Origin: a virus
Virus record (IMG/VR): IMGVR_UViG_3300021138_002011
Location: 56,534 to 120,533 of that record
Length of the DNA: 64,000 bases
Direction: 5' to 3' (one strand)
This document shows, in pieces, positions 10,311 through 19,349 of this stretch. Each line of letters starts with the position of its first letter. The stretch's first letter is position 1. Position numbers and translations under genes: made by a program. The notes under the pieces were generated by a model. The model made no database searches and was not told where the DNA came from. It saw only the letters and a list, made by a program, of their open reading frames with translations.

Positions 10311-11074
10311 GGGTTGGCTCCGGCTAAGTTGTGCATAGCAAGTTGCAGTTGATATAATATGTTTGCCGCATTGTCAGCTTGTTGGTTACCTGTTGTAACG
10401 GGCTTCTGCGGAGCTACTGCAGGATTATATGCAGAGGCAGTTGGCGCTGGTTGGGCAGTTGCTGTAGTAGGGGCTGTAGTAGGGGCTGTAGTAGGGGCTG
10501 TGGTAGGGGCAGTAGCAGTGGGCGTACCGGTTCCAGGCGGGCCTGCTAAACCAGCTGTATTTTGAGATGTGCCACCGGCTGCATCTTCTAAATGCTTAAT
10601 AGCTGCCAGCTCTAAAATGTAGGTTATAATCGCTTGCCCAGTTTTCATGCTGTTAGGATTGGCAGGATCGCCACTAACGGCGCTGTCTGGGTGTCCCCAG
10701 TTAGTAGATGAAGGCATTGTAAGTTTGCTTGCGTTAAGTATTTTGTTTACACCAGTTTTGGTATCGGTAGACATTAACAATTGTTTCGCATCGGCAGGGC
10801 TAATACCTAGTTGGTTTTTTATAGTCAGATATTTAAACAATGAATTCCATGTTACATTACTAAAATCTTTCTTAAGCCTTCCCATGTATTGTGCAAACCT
10901 GTTAAGAGAAAGTTTTGTAAGATCGCTTACTTCCCGTTGACCGTGTTTTCTTGCCCGAGCAACGGGATCTAGTACAGGTGCAACCTTTTTAAGAAAATCA
11001 AGAATGCCTTCATCTACTTCAAGGCTGTTTTTGTTTTCTACAATCTGGATGAGATTGCGCATACTATCGCTCAT
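10307..11074 (-). CDS. hypothetical protein
   Basis: 255 aa, overlaps both neighbours by 4 nt; TTAP repeats. Confidence 0.75.
   Translation of the reverse strand: MSDSMRNLIQIVENKNSLEVDEGILDFLKKVAPVLDPVARARKHGQREVSDLTKLSLNRFAQYMGRLKKDFSNVTWNSLFKYLTIKNQLGISPADAKQLLMSTDTKTGVNKILNASKLTMPSSTNWGHPDSAVSGDPANPNSMKTGQAIITYILELAAIKHLEDAAGGTSQNTAGLAGPPGTGTPTATAPTTAPTTAPTTAPTTATAQPAPTASAYNPAVAPQKPVTTGNQQADNAANILYQLQLAMHNLAGANP
10461..10515. repeat. 12-bp coding tandem repeat (TTAP x4)
   Basis: gtaggggctgta repeated. Confidence 0.8.
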
Positions 11075-11316
11075 CTTTCTTTCCTTATTTCTTTAATTTT
11101 GCGCGTGAACTTTTTGTCGTCTTCGCTCATTATGCTACGATGCAATCGTTTAACAAGATCTTCGGCTTGTTCGTCTGGGTAGCTTTCTCTTATTAATCTC
11201 ACCAGATTAATTGCACTAGCTATTAGATGTGTAGCCCGGCTTTCTATAACGGTATGTTTACTTTTTGCAGGAACTATTGCATCAAGCTCGTCTATAATGT
11301 TTTTTAATGCGTCCAC
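11071..11316 (-). CDS. hypothetical protein
   Basis: 81 aa, GTG start, first gene after a TAAATA motif. Confidence 0.75.
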   Translation of the reverse strand: MDALKNIIDELDAIVPAKSKHTVIESRATHLIASAINLVRLIRESYPDEQAEDLVKRLHRSIMSEDDKKFTRKIKEIRKER

Positions 11317-11341
11317 GTGAAGGTTCCTTATAATCGTCTGA

Positions 11342-11373
11342 TATTTATGTTCGTTTGGTGCTGTATATAAATA
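11342..11373. promoter_or_regulatory. back-to-back late promoters (TAAATA on both strands)
   Basis: tattta at 11342-47 and TATAAATA ending at 11373, between divergent genes; matches the T4 gp55 late promoter TATAAATA. Confidence 0.6.
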
Positions 11374-11395
11374 GCATTACATTTTGGAGACATTC

Positions 11396-12130
11396 ATGAC
11401 ACAGTTTACCGCAGAAAATTTTAGAGTTATAGTTGACAAACTAAACGAATACATGTTTGCGGTTACAGAAGACGACTCTGTGCCTAGCAACACAAGTCAG
11501 CCTGTGTCTACGATGTTGACAACGCCTGCCGAAATTAAAAAAATTTCCGGAAGCCTTAATGCTGACGCACTTATATCAATACTTGAGATTCCATCCGATA
11601 TGCAATCCAATTTTAAAAGCGCACTAACTGCGCTGCAGGAAGACAATCCAACATTGAATCCCAATCAAGCATTGGCATTAGCCACTGCATTTGATCATTT
11701 GTTAAGTTTGCCATCTATGCAAAAAGCACAAACAATGGGCCAGCTCAAAACAGTAGGCCCGGATAACGTAACCGAGACACAAGAAGATACCAGCAACCAT
11801 GTAACAATAGATGATGTTGTTAAATGTGTACAATCTGCTAGCGAAGCTAGTCCTGTAGCAAAGTTGCAAACAACAAAGTTAGTTACATATCTTAGTAATG
11901 GTATTAAAAATCGCAATGTTGATGGTGGTATGCGCCATGTAATGTCGGGTATTGTTGACGCAATAAATGCTGCACAAAGTGACAAAGAAACCGATGCATT
12001 AAAACACATATCAAGTATGGTAAATCATGTCGAAGGCGACAAACATGCCTTCGACAGTGAAATATTTCCTAATCTAATTGTAAGTTTAATGCTGCTGGTA
12101 GGTGATATTCTACAACATAGTGCAAAGTAG
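11396..12130 (+). CDS. hypothetical protein
   Basis: ATG at 11396 after GGAG SD; helical protein. Confidence 0.7.
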   Translation: MTQFTAENFRVIVDKLNEYMFAVTEDDSVPSNTSQPVSTMLTTPAEIKKISGSLNADALISILEIPSDMQSNFKSALTALQEDNPTLNPNQALALATAFDHLLSLPSMQKAQTMGQLKTVGPDNVTETQEDTSNHVTIDDVVKCVQSASEASPVAKLQTTKLVTYLSNGIKNRNVDGGMRHVMSGIVDAINAAQSDKETDALKHISSMVNHVEGDKHAFDSEIFPNLIVSLMLLVGDILQHSAK

Positions 12131-12132
12131 AA

Positions 12133-12642
12133 TTATCTTCTTACCAACGATGTTAATGCACTGAGATCTTTGATGCTTTTATTTGCATCATTTTGTTTTT
12201 TGTCAGAATCGTCTTTCTTTGCTGCTGCCGAATTTTTTCTGCGTAAATCTGCAAACTTGTCAGCCGTACTAGCTATAACTGGTGTTTGACCATCGTCGTC
12301 GGTGTTGAAAATACGTAGTGTATTTTGGTCAAAACCGAGATGTACCTTACTTCCTACACCACTAGACGAACGTGTTTTCAAAAACTGCACTTGATATTGT
12401 CCACGTTCTTTCATAGCTGTAGATGCAAAAATTGAAATCACATTATCAGCCGTTTGTATTTTTGAGATACCACCGGATATATGGCTATGATCGTGTTCTT
12501 GTTCTTGAACTGACGAGTTGTGAGTTAATATGTTGTTAGCATAAAATAAATGGTTGCCAGTAACTGATATATCTAGTGTATCTTGGATACCGATATATTC
12601 TATAGATTCAATTTCATCTAGCTCTGTAAAAAGTTGATACAT
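12133..12642 (-). CDS. gp41: gp41/DnaB-type helicase C-terminal half, beginning with split intein IntC
   Basis: IntC ends HLFYANNILTHN/S; extein SSVQEQEHDHSHISGGISKIQTADNV...QFLKTRSSSG continues the DnaB motifs. Confidence 0.92.
   Translation of the reverse strand: MYQLFTELDEIESIEYIGIQDTLDISVTGNHLFYANNILTHNSSVQEQEHDHSHISGGISKIQTADNVISIFASTAMKERGQYQVQFLKTRSSSGVGSKVHLGFDQNTLRIFNTDDDGQTPVIASTADKFADLRRKNSAAAKKDDSDKKQNDANKSIKDLSALTSLVRR
12517..12642 (-). mobile_element. split intein IntC (42 aa), gp41-8-like
   Basis: MYQLFTELDEIESIEYIGIQDTLDISVTGNHLFYANNILTHN followed by Ser +1. Confidence 0.92.
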
Positions 12643-13397
12643 TCTTCAAATGTCCTTTGTGGATTGTTAACATAATCATATTCCCATACTGTCAATGTTT
12701 GGTAATTCTTGCTTTGATAGTACGCAATTCGGTTGGCATCTTTGTCCCATATATCTTTTGCTGACCACATCGGCCGATATGGGTGCGGCGTGTCAGTAGA
12801 TTCAAACAATGTCGGATTAGCATGTATACAGTCTCCATTAAACTCTATTATACGACCTTTGTAAAATAAATCTGGACAAATACACCGAGTACCAATAATC
12901 GTTTGCCATTTAGCCGGAAGCTGCCATACCATTTCGTTTATACCATAGTAATATAAATCCGGTATAATCTTTAAACAAGACATTATTACCTCCAATGACC
13001 ACTTACTTGCTGTAAATTTATTAGGCAATGTCTTATTTCTGTACGCATTATATTTGGTTGTTCCTAGATCGTTGCCGTATCTACTAACAAAATATTCTAA
13101 AGATTTTGATTTAGCTACTTTACATCGCAGTCGACCTTCTTCTTCTCCATATTTTTCAATATATCCGGCTAAACTAACCTTATATCCTTGTGCCCTTCGC
13201 TTTTTGTCCCAGATCTGATAACCAAGTTCCTCGCCATGCTTCTCTACAAACCATGCTAAATTTCTCTTGGCATATTTCCCTCTATTAGATTTGTAAGTTT
13301 CTGACCTCTTTTTGCAATACAAATTCCATTTAACTATACCATCTTCTTGTCCATATCTAGCAATATAGTTCTCCAGCGATGCTCCAAGTTTAGACAA
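12618..13397 (-). CDS. Vsr-like (EDxHD-type) homing endonuclease, N-terminally disrupted
   Basis: Four Y/F..KYGEEEG-type repeats; CPDLFY..IIEFNGDCIHANP..DANRI..LTVWEYD nuclease domain; only a TTG start without a clear SD. Confidence 0.8.
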   Translation of the reverse strand: MSKLGASLENYIARYGQEDGIVKWNLYCKKRSETYKSNRGKYAKRNLAWFVEKHGEELGYQIWDKKRRAQGYKVSLAGYIEKYGEEEGRLRCKVAKSKSLEYFVSRYGNDLGTTKYNAYRNKTLPNKFTASKWSLEVIMSCLKIIPDLYYYGINEMVWQLPAKWQTIIGTRCICPDLFYKGRIIEFNGDCIHANPTLFESTDTPHPYRPMWSAKDIWDKDANRIAYYQSKNYQTLTVWEYDYVNNPQRTFEECINFLQS

Positions 13398-13638
13398 CCG
13401 CGCAACTGCCTTGATAATTTATACCTGCAAACGGTCCAACAGCGGTTGAAAAAGCACCTTGATTTATAGCACCTGCACATATGCCTATTGCTACTGAATA
13501 TTCATTTTGACAAACTGAACCAGCACTTTGCAAATATAATGTGTTGGTAGCAGCTACGGTATCTGTTAAATTTGTAAACAGCATATTACTATCGTAACCT
13601 GCATACCTATATTTCCTTTTGTTCACTATGGTCAACAC
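13390..13638 (-). pseudogene. fragment of a fibre/adhesin-like repeat protein
   Basis: 14-aa repeats AGSVCQNEYSVAIG / AGAINQGAFSTAVG / AGINYQGSCAV, truncated at the junction with the endonuclease ORF. Confidence 0.5.
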
Positions 13639-13831
13639 ACGCTGGTCAACTCTCTCAGATTAACCTCTAGACGGGGCAGACGTTCTAATATTAAACTACA
13701 CACAGTTGGTTATATGGTTTTAATTATGACAATTGCTTATTGAAGTTAAGCTAGCATCTTATTTTATATTATTGCAAATACTGTAAACCAATATCAACTA
13801 AATATAGTTTTATATTTTGATTGGAGAGTTT

Positions 13832-14995
13832 ATGGCTGGATCATTATGTCTTAGATTATGGACACATTTATATATCGCACCTACAGGTAACGTAAAACCG
13901 TGCTGTTTATGGTCAGCTACTAATACATCAGTTGGTAATATAAACAAAAACAGTATACAAGATATAGCTAATTCTGAGCCTATGAATCAAATTCGAGCAA
14001 AAATGCTAGCTAATGAATCAGTATCAGAATGCTGGATGTGTAATACTGATAACGCAACAGATAATATAAAAAGATGGATTGATAAACGTTATGCAGCAGA
14101 TTCGACTAGACTTTTAAAAAATACAAATAGTTTGGGACAATTAACTGCTCCTTTTGAAATGTTAGAAATGGATATTCGTTTTAGTAATTTGTGTAATTTT
14201 GCCTGTAGGAGTTGTGGCGGATCTTGCAGCAGCACAATTGCATATGAAACCGGTGACAGTAATCCTGTAAAAAAAATAACAGACTCTGTACCAGATTATG
14301 TAGAGCAAATACACGGTAACTTACAAACAGTAAGACGATTGTATATTGCAGGTGGTGAGAGTGTGTTAATTGACGAGAACTGGCAACTACTAGACAAATT
14401 GATAGAATTAAATAGAACTGACGTCATAATTACGTATGTTACTAATTTAAGTAAATTGGTTTACAAAAATTATAGCTTGGTAGAGTATGCTCGAAAGTTT
14501 AGTAATTTTACCATTTATGCTAGTATAGACGCATCGTTTGAGCGTGCCAAGTTATATAGACACGGTACCGATTGGAACAAAATTGAAGAAAACTTACAAA
14601 CTATACGCGAGGCAGGATTAAAATTAATAGTTAGTCCTACAGTTGGTGCAGTTAATGTATGGCATTTACCAGACTTACACAGGTATCTTCTAGAAGAAAA
14701 TTTGATATCAAATAACGCTTTTATGCTAAACATTTTAACAAATCCGTCTGATATGAGTACCAAAGTATTGCCAATGGATTTTAAAAAAATAGTTAGCGAA
14801 AAAATTGATAATCATATACAGTGGCTTACTCAGAATTCATATGGAACATATAACTGGCATAATTTACAAGGTTTTATGAATTCACAAGATCATAGTCATA
14901 TGATTAGTGCCTTACGAGCGCGTATGTTTCGTTTAGATAAATTACGAAATGAAAATACTTTAGAAGTATTTCCAGAATTAACTGGAATTTTATAA
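13832..14995 (+). CDS. radical SAM protein with N-terminal SPASM/twitch-like domain
   Basis: CNFACRSC (CxxxCxxC), YIAGGE and ASIDA motifs; N-terminal C..LW..G.VKPCC..C..C; ATG at 13832 after GGAG. Confidence 0.9.
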   Translation: MAGSLCLRLWTHLYIAPTGNVKPCCLWSATNTSVGNINKNSIQDIANSEPMNQIRAKMLANESVSECWMCNTDNATDNIKRWIDKRYAADSTRLLKNTNSLGQLTAPFEMLEMDIRFSNLCNFACRSCGGSCSSTIAYETGDSNPVKKITDSVPDYVEQIHGNLQTVRRLYIAGGESVLIDENWQLLDKLIELNRTDVIITYVTNLSKLVYKNYSLVEYARKFSNFTIYASIDASFERAKLYRHGTDWNKIEENLQTIREAGLKLIVSPTVGAVNVWHLPDLHRYLLEENLISNNAFMLNILTNPSDMSTKVLPMDFKKIVSEKIDNHIQWLTQNSYGTYNWHNLQGFMNSQDHSHMISALRARMFRLDKLRNENTLEVFPELTGIL

Positions 14996-15141
14996 AGTTT
15001 ACAAGATTTACTAGTTGTCATGGCCTTCAACTATCCGCTTAACTCCTTTACAAGCTTTCGGGTCCTCGGCTCTATGCCAGATCTGGTAATTTCTTACAGA
15101 ACGAGAAATATGTAGGCATAAATGTTCTCCTGTGTTGCAGT

Positions 15142-16434
15142 CTATTTATGCCGTACAATTAGTTTATCACCAACTTTCAGTCCTGTTTCTAAACTTTTTT
15201 CTCCGTTACTTGTTGGGAACACATGATTATTACTACATGTAATAGTCTTTCCAGATTTTGTTGTGATCTTAAACACTGGTCTAGGACTAACTTTGGTTAC
15301 ATCAGTTACGCTAACAGGTCCTTCATCTGAATCTAGCCAATCACCAACATTGACATCTTTGATTTGGATAGTTTTACCATTGGCAGTTACAGTCGAGTCA
15401 AGAGTAAGGCAACGATTTAATTGTGCAGCGGTCTGCCCAATCATTTTACGTTCGACCATTAACCCTCTTAGTTCTTCGGTAACAAACTTATCCTTAACAA
15501 ACAAGTTGCTTGGGTCAATTTTTTTATTGTTCGGAAACAACAAGTCAAGGTAATCAACAACTAGTGCATCGGCTTTTTTTCCAGTTTCAATTTCATAGTT
15601 TTTGAGATATGCTTTGATATCATTTACAGTGCTACCTTGCGGCATTTGCTTAACATGCATACTACCGCTCTTGTGGCCAGCTTGTTTTACACGTATTTCA
15701 ACTTCATCTAGCTTACGGAATATTTCTTTAGTTGCTACTTCACTAAGCATACTGTCCATTCTCATTGAACACAGTTCTTCACTGAGCTCTAGTGAAATAT
15801 AGATAACATTAAGACCTTGTTTAGCAAAGTTAAGTGCAATATTTTGCAAAAACAATGACTTACCAACACCCGACCCTGCGCACCATATTGTAATCTCGCC
15901 TCTGTTTACCCCGCCATATAACTTGTCGTCTACATCGCGCCATCCAGTACTGATTTGTCCATTGTTGTCTTTAATACGAAGAAGCCTTGCACGAGGATCA
16001 TGGAAGTAGTTGGTACCAATATCACTTTGCAAGCTGATTAGTATTGCTTCGCGTACACGTTTTTCAACTTCGCCATAATTACCTTTTTCTATAAGATCCA
16101 CTGCGCTTAAAACAGCGTCAGCAAGAGCTCTATTTTTACAAAACTCTTCGATTTCATCCAAAAATGCGTCTTGATGTTGTGCAGTAATGTTATCAATTTT
16201 TGCAAAATTCATCCCTGTTTCGGCATTAACCTGCTCAAACTTTGGTAATACACTATAATTCTCAGCATGACTTAATATAAATCGCATAGCAGGACGAAGT
16301 TTATTAACAAAATATGTTGCATTGAGTATATTTTGACACCTGGCAAATATTTCGTCGCTGCTCAGCAGCACATTAATTAGCAGCTTTTGCTTGTCTTCAG
16401 TATATTCCTTTACCTCGTCTGGTTCTCTTGCCAT
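15142..16434 (-). CDS. gp41: gp41/DnaB-type replicative helicase N-terminal half, ending in split intein IntN
   Basis: Walker A AGSGVGKS, ISLELSE, VVDYLDL, then AAQLNR/CLTLD intein start. Confidence 0.93.
   Translation of the reverse strand: MAREPDEVKEYTEDKQKLLINVLLSSDEIFARCQNILNATYFVNKLRPAMRFILSHAENYSVLPKFEQVNAETGMNFAKIDNITAQHQDAFLDEIEEFCKNRALADAVLSAVDLIEKGNYGEVEKRVREAILISLQSDIGTNYFHDPRARLLRIKDNNGQISTGWRDVDDKLYGGVNRGEITIWCAGSGVGKSLFLQNIALNFAKQGLNVIYISLELSEELCSMRMDSMLSEVATKEIFRKLDEVEIRVKQAGHKSGSMHVKQMPQGSTVNDIKAYLKNYEIETGKKADALVVDYLDLLFPNNKKIDPSNLFVKDKFVTEELRGLMVERKMIGQTAAQLNRCLTLDSTVTANGKTIQIKDVNVGDWLDSDEGPVSVTDVTKVSPRPVFKITTKSGKTITCSNNHVFPTSNGEKSLETGLKVGDKLIVRHK
15145..15411 (-). mobile_element. 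split intein IntN (89 aa), gp41-8-like
   Basis: Starts CLTLDSTV; block B TCSNNHVF; ends LKVGDKLIVRHK followed by stop. Confidence 0.92.
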
Positions 16435-16435
16435 T

Positions 16436-17461
16436 TTAGCTCCTCAATGTCTTTCGTTTCATTTCTATTTGTAACTTGCTGTGTGTTCGCGAGTTTATGA
16501 TACTAGCTATTGTGTAAAGTCTTCCATAGGTTTTGCTAGCATCTGCTGCATCTTTTATGCCTTCACCCCATTCCGGAAAGCTTACCGACCATCCTTGCTC
16601 AAGTGCAACATTGATTAGATCTTGGTTATTCTGTTGTCGGTCAGGTACTATAATTTTCTCTTTGTCTGTCGAATTTAACCAAGATATTTGTTGCTTGTTC
16701 ATGGTGCTGCCTAATGGTGATACACCATCTACTGCAATTGCATCAAACGGCCCTTCTGTTATCAATACGTATTTCCGCGGTTGCAAATTTATAACATGAT
16801 TATTAAACAAGTACCCTTGCGGAATATCGCTGTTAAAATACTTTGGAGTATTTTTTGGTGGTGTACCTGCATATCTTCCAGTCCACCCAATTATTTTGTT
16901 GTTGTGATAAAACGGAATTATAATGCGTTTGTTTAAATTCCATCTGGTTATAGGAGTCCAATGGTACTGCCATCCGCTTGCAATTGCTCTACCACGAGTT
17001 GAAAGATATTCCATACAAGTTATTAGTTCTTCAGAAATTTCTTGTGATTCTGCCCACACTTCAATTGGCTGACTGTGGTTTGGCAGTTCTATTTCCTTAA
17101 AATGGTCTGTATGAAACACTTCAGGTAATACAATTGTTTCTATTTCTCCATTTAATTTTTTACTAAGAATTTCTAATTTAGCTTCTTGTATTTTGTTGTG
17201 TGGCACACCCAAATACCTAAGCCAATTTTCAAAATTACCTGTAAGGTCGCCATTGCGATATCCGGTTTTAAAGCCGCAATTGTAACAGTTAACAATCATT
17301 CCACCATCTGGAGTCAGAAGCAAATTTCCTCGAGATCTTGTATCGCGACTGTGGCCGCGGTGATGGCAACACACTGAATTAAAAACTATCCACCCTTTTG
17401 CAGTTTGCTTTCGCTTGGCTGGCAGATACTCTTCTACAAGTTGATGTACAAGTAACGTCAT
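16436..17461 (-). CDS. DNA primase (zinc finger plus TOPRIM)
   Basis: CC..H and CYNCG zinc ligands, IIIPF..GWTGR, ITEGPFDA, PD..KDAAD; adjacent to the helicase. Confidence 0.85.
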   Translation of the reverse strand: MTLLVHQLVEEYLPAKRKQTAKGWIVFNSVCCHHRGHSRDTRSRGNLLLTPDGGMIVNCYNCGFKTGYRNGDLTGNFENWLRYLGVPHNKIQEAKLEILSKKLNGEIETIVLPEVFHTDHFKEIELPNHSQPIEVWAESQEISEELITCMEYLSTRGRAIASGWQYHWTPITRWNLNKRIIIPFYHNNKIIGWTGRYAGTPPKNTPKYFNSDIPQGYLFNNHVINLQPRKYVLITEGPFDAIAVDGVSPLGSTMNKQQISWLNSTDKEKIIVPDRQQNNQDLINVALEQGWSVSFPEWGEGIKDAADASKTYGRLYTIASIINSRTHSKLQIEMKRKTLRS

Positions 17462-17472
17462 ACTAGCATTGT

Positions 17473-17481
17473 ATTATACCA
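17473..17481 (-). promoter_or_regulatory. extended -10 promoter element (TGGTATAAT)
   Basis: TGnTATAAT about 12 nt upstream of the primase ATG. Confidence 0.5.
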
Positions 17482-17498
17482 GTATCGGTGTCACAATA

Positions 17499-18689
17499 TC
17501 AGTTTTTATACAGTACCCCAGCAAAGTATCCGTGGTTACATGCCGGAAATCCGGGCGGACCAGGTGGTTGCGGTGGATACGGAATTGGTGGAGGAGCGGG
17601 TGGATACGGTCCGGGTGGTGGCGGATACGGAGCTGGTGGATAGGGCGGCGGCGGCACACAAGTTGGTGGTGGCCAACTTGGCGGGTTTGGTCCGCACGGC
17701 CACGGGCCGTTGGGCGGATTAAATGCGCGTCCCGATCTAGAACTACAGTTAAAGGGCAACGGCCCGCAAGGAATTGGACCGCATGATAATGCAGGCCGAC
17801 TGTTGTTTGCTGCTGGCACAAACGGACTAACGCGGTAGTATTGATTGCATGTATTGCACTGCAAATAATACGGATTTTCAAAAACAAATCTAACCCAATA
17901 ATAGTTACCTGTAAAATTAAAAACTTTAATAGGCGGGCTATTAACAGGTGGAGTGTATTGATAATAATCTGTCCCATTACCAATTGGTATATTAGACCAA
18001 TCTATAGATGCAGGTGGACCAATGGTTAAGCTAACCTGTATCCAAAATTTTCCAGCATAACCATTGCCAGTATATGCAACAACTGTATGCATACCGTTAC
18101 TGCGTTCTGCTTGAGCATCACCTTGTAAAGCGCCTGAGGCAAAAATATATTGGTTGGTTAAATCATCAACTGTTTCCGGAGTAAACTGATAGGCCGGTAT
18201 GTTTACCGCAGGAACTAACGATGTGCTCATGCCTTCAATTAATTCAAAAGTACCATATGTACTGCGATTCACATCCGTGTATAAAAACGATTGAACGCCT
18301 GTTACACTTGTGAGGCGGATTGTATATCTATAAAATCCTGCAAGCCAATGACCAATTTCAAGGTCGGTTAATGTTAATCTGCAAGTACCTGCAGTATCTT
18401 GTAACGTCTGTACCGGTTGTGTTAACAGTAACTCGGCTAGTGGATTGAACCCATTGCCCGGCACAGTAGTTACACTTTCTACACGTTGTATCAATGCATC
18501 TATCTGATATCCAACAAGATTAACTGGCTTACGGTCGTTGTTTCGTACGACAAAATCTATAGTGTTGGTTGCACCTTTGTAAACTGTTGTGTTATATTGT
18601 ATCATAGGACCATTTATGTTAGGAGCGTTTCCGCCGGTAAACCAGAGTTGTACATATTCTCTAAAGTGAAACAAAACTTGGTCAACCAT
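17499..18689 (-). CDS. putative structural protein with a Cys/Pro-rich insertion
   Basis: N-terminal YKGATNTIDF..DRKPVNL (baseplate upper-protein-like); PPPYPP repeats near the C-terminus. Confidence 0.7.
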   Translation of the reverse strand: MVDQVLFHFREYVQLWFTGGNAPNINGPMIQYNTTVYKGATNTIDFVVRNNDRKPVNLVGYQIDALIQRVESVTTVPGNGFNPLAELLLTQPVQTLQDTAGTCRLTLTDLEIGHWLAGFYRYTIRLTSVTGVQSFLYTDVNRSTYGTFELIEGMSTSLVPAVNIPAYQFTPETVDDLTNQYIFASGALQGDAQAERSNGMHTVVAYTGNGYAGKFWIQVSLTIGPPASIDWSNIPIGNGTDYYQYTPPVNSPPIKVFNFTGNYYWVRFVFENPYYLQCNTCNQYYRVSPFVPAANNSRPALSCGPIPCGPLPFNCSSRSGRAFNPPNGPWPCGPNPPSWPPPTCVPPPPYPPAPYPPPPGPYPPAPPPIPYPPQPPGPPGFPACNHGYFAGVLYKN

Positions 18690-18710
18690 TTGCTACCATC
18701 TGCCTTTCTA

Positions 18711-18758
18711 GGTATTTATCTGTTTATTTCAAACCAATGTCAAACACTGATAAATACC
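18711..18758. promoter_or_regulatory. divergent late promoters forming a 10-bp inverted repeat
   Basis: ggtatttatc (18711-20) and gataaatacc (18749-58) between divergent genes. Confidence 0.6.
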
Positions 18759-18778
18759 ATCACTAGAGATTGGAAAAC

Positions 18779-19153
18779 ATGACTCCCGACACACACAAGC
18801 TATTACAAGAAAAATTCCCTTTCTTAACCATAGTCACATACCTTAACAACGAATACATCGGAATCATGCAGAATTCCGATGCTCAGTTTATTAGTATCTA
18901 TGTTCTTGATGCAGTATTTACTAGCGAACATAAACGAGAATTTTTATTATGTGGCGAAACTTGGTGGTGGGAAAGCAATCGCACCATACCTATTAATTTG
19001 TTTCTTCGCGAACGCTTTAAGCCATTTAAACCATGTCTTAAAACATTCGCTAAAAAAGAAACTACAATAATAGAAGGTCCAACTGTTAATATGATGGACC
19101 TTATGAATAAAAAACTTAAACGTCGCACTATACAACTTATTAAGGCACAGTAA
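18779..19153 (+). CDS. hypothetical phage protein
   Basis: KFPFLT..EYIGI..WWWESNRTIPIN; downstream of TAAATA. Confidence 0.75.
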   Translation: MTPDTHKLLQEKFPFLTIVTYLNNEYIGIMQNSDAQFISIYVLDAVFTSEHKREFLLCGETWWWESNRTIPINLFLRERFKPFKPCLKTFAKKETTIIEGPTVNMMDLMNKKLKRRTIQLIKAQ

Positions 19154-19349
19154 TTGTACGTATTTCGTCGTTTACCATAACAGCCAACGTTAATCGGTTT
19201 TTATAATCTAAGTTTTCAGGAAACAAATATTTTGCTCCTCTAAGGCTAAGATAGGCTGCAAGACTTTCTTGAGTAGACTTGTCCCATATCTGTAGTGCAA
19301 CAAGCTCATGTATCCGTGTCGCTAAACTTTCCCACTCGTTATTTGTCAA
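19140..19349 (-). CDS. hypothetical protein
   Basis: 69 aa, overlaps the end of the upstream gene. Confidence 0.55.
   Translation of the reverse strand: MTNNEWESLATRIHELVALQIWDKSTQESLAAYLSLRGAKYLFPENLDYKNRLTLAVMVNDEIRTITVP

Noticed and set aside
10461-10515. Short tandem repeats (also 8473-8512 and ~35786-35832) as CRISPR-like arrays
   Set aside because: They are 12-15-bp in-frame coding repeats with no spacers
13620-13740. Possible group I intron core in the gp41 gap
   Set aside because: Only a vague likeness to the S element; no convincing P7 pairing. The intein halves already explain rejoining.
15085-15134. Hairpin sequestering the SD and ATG of the orphan nuclease start
   Set aside because: Pairing is imperfect with several bulges and cannot be supported without folding calculations
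15072-15144. Stop-codon reassignment (TAG readthrough) as the explanation for split genes
   Set aside because: Reading through the gp41 IntN TAG meets TAA within about 15 codons. TAG, TGA and TAA all end well-formed genes, and long genes have no internal stops.
17474-17983. Alternative-frame Arg/His-rich ORFs over the Pro-rich segment
   Set aside because: Shadow frames of a GC-rich low-complexity region with no SD or motif
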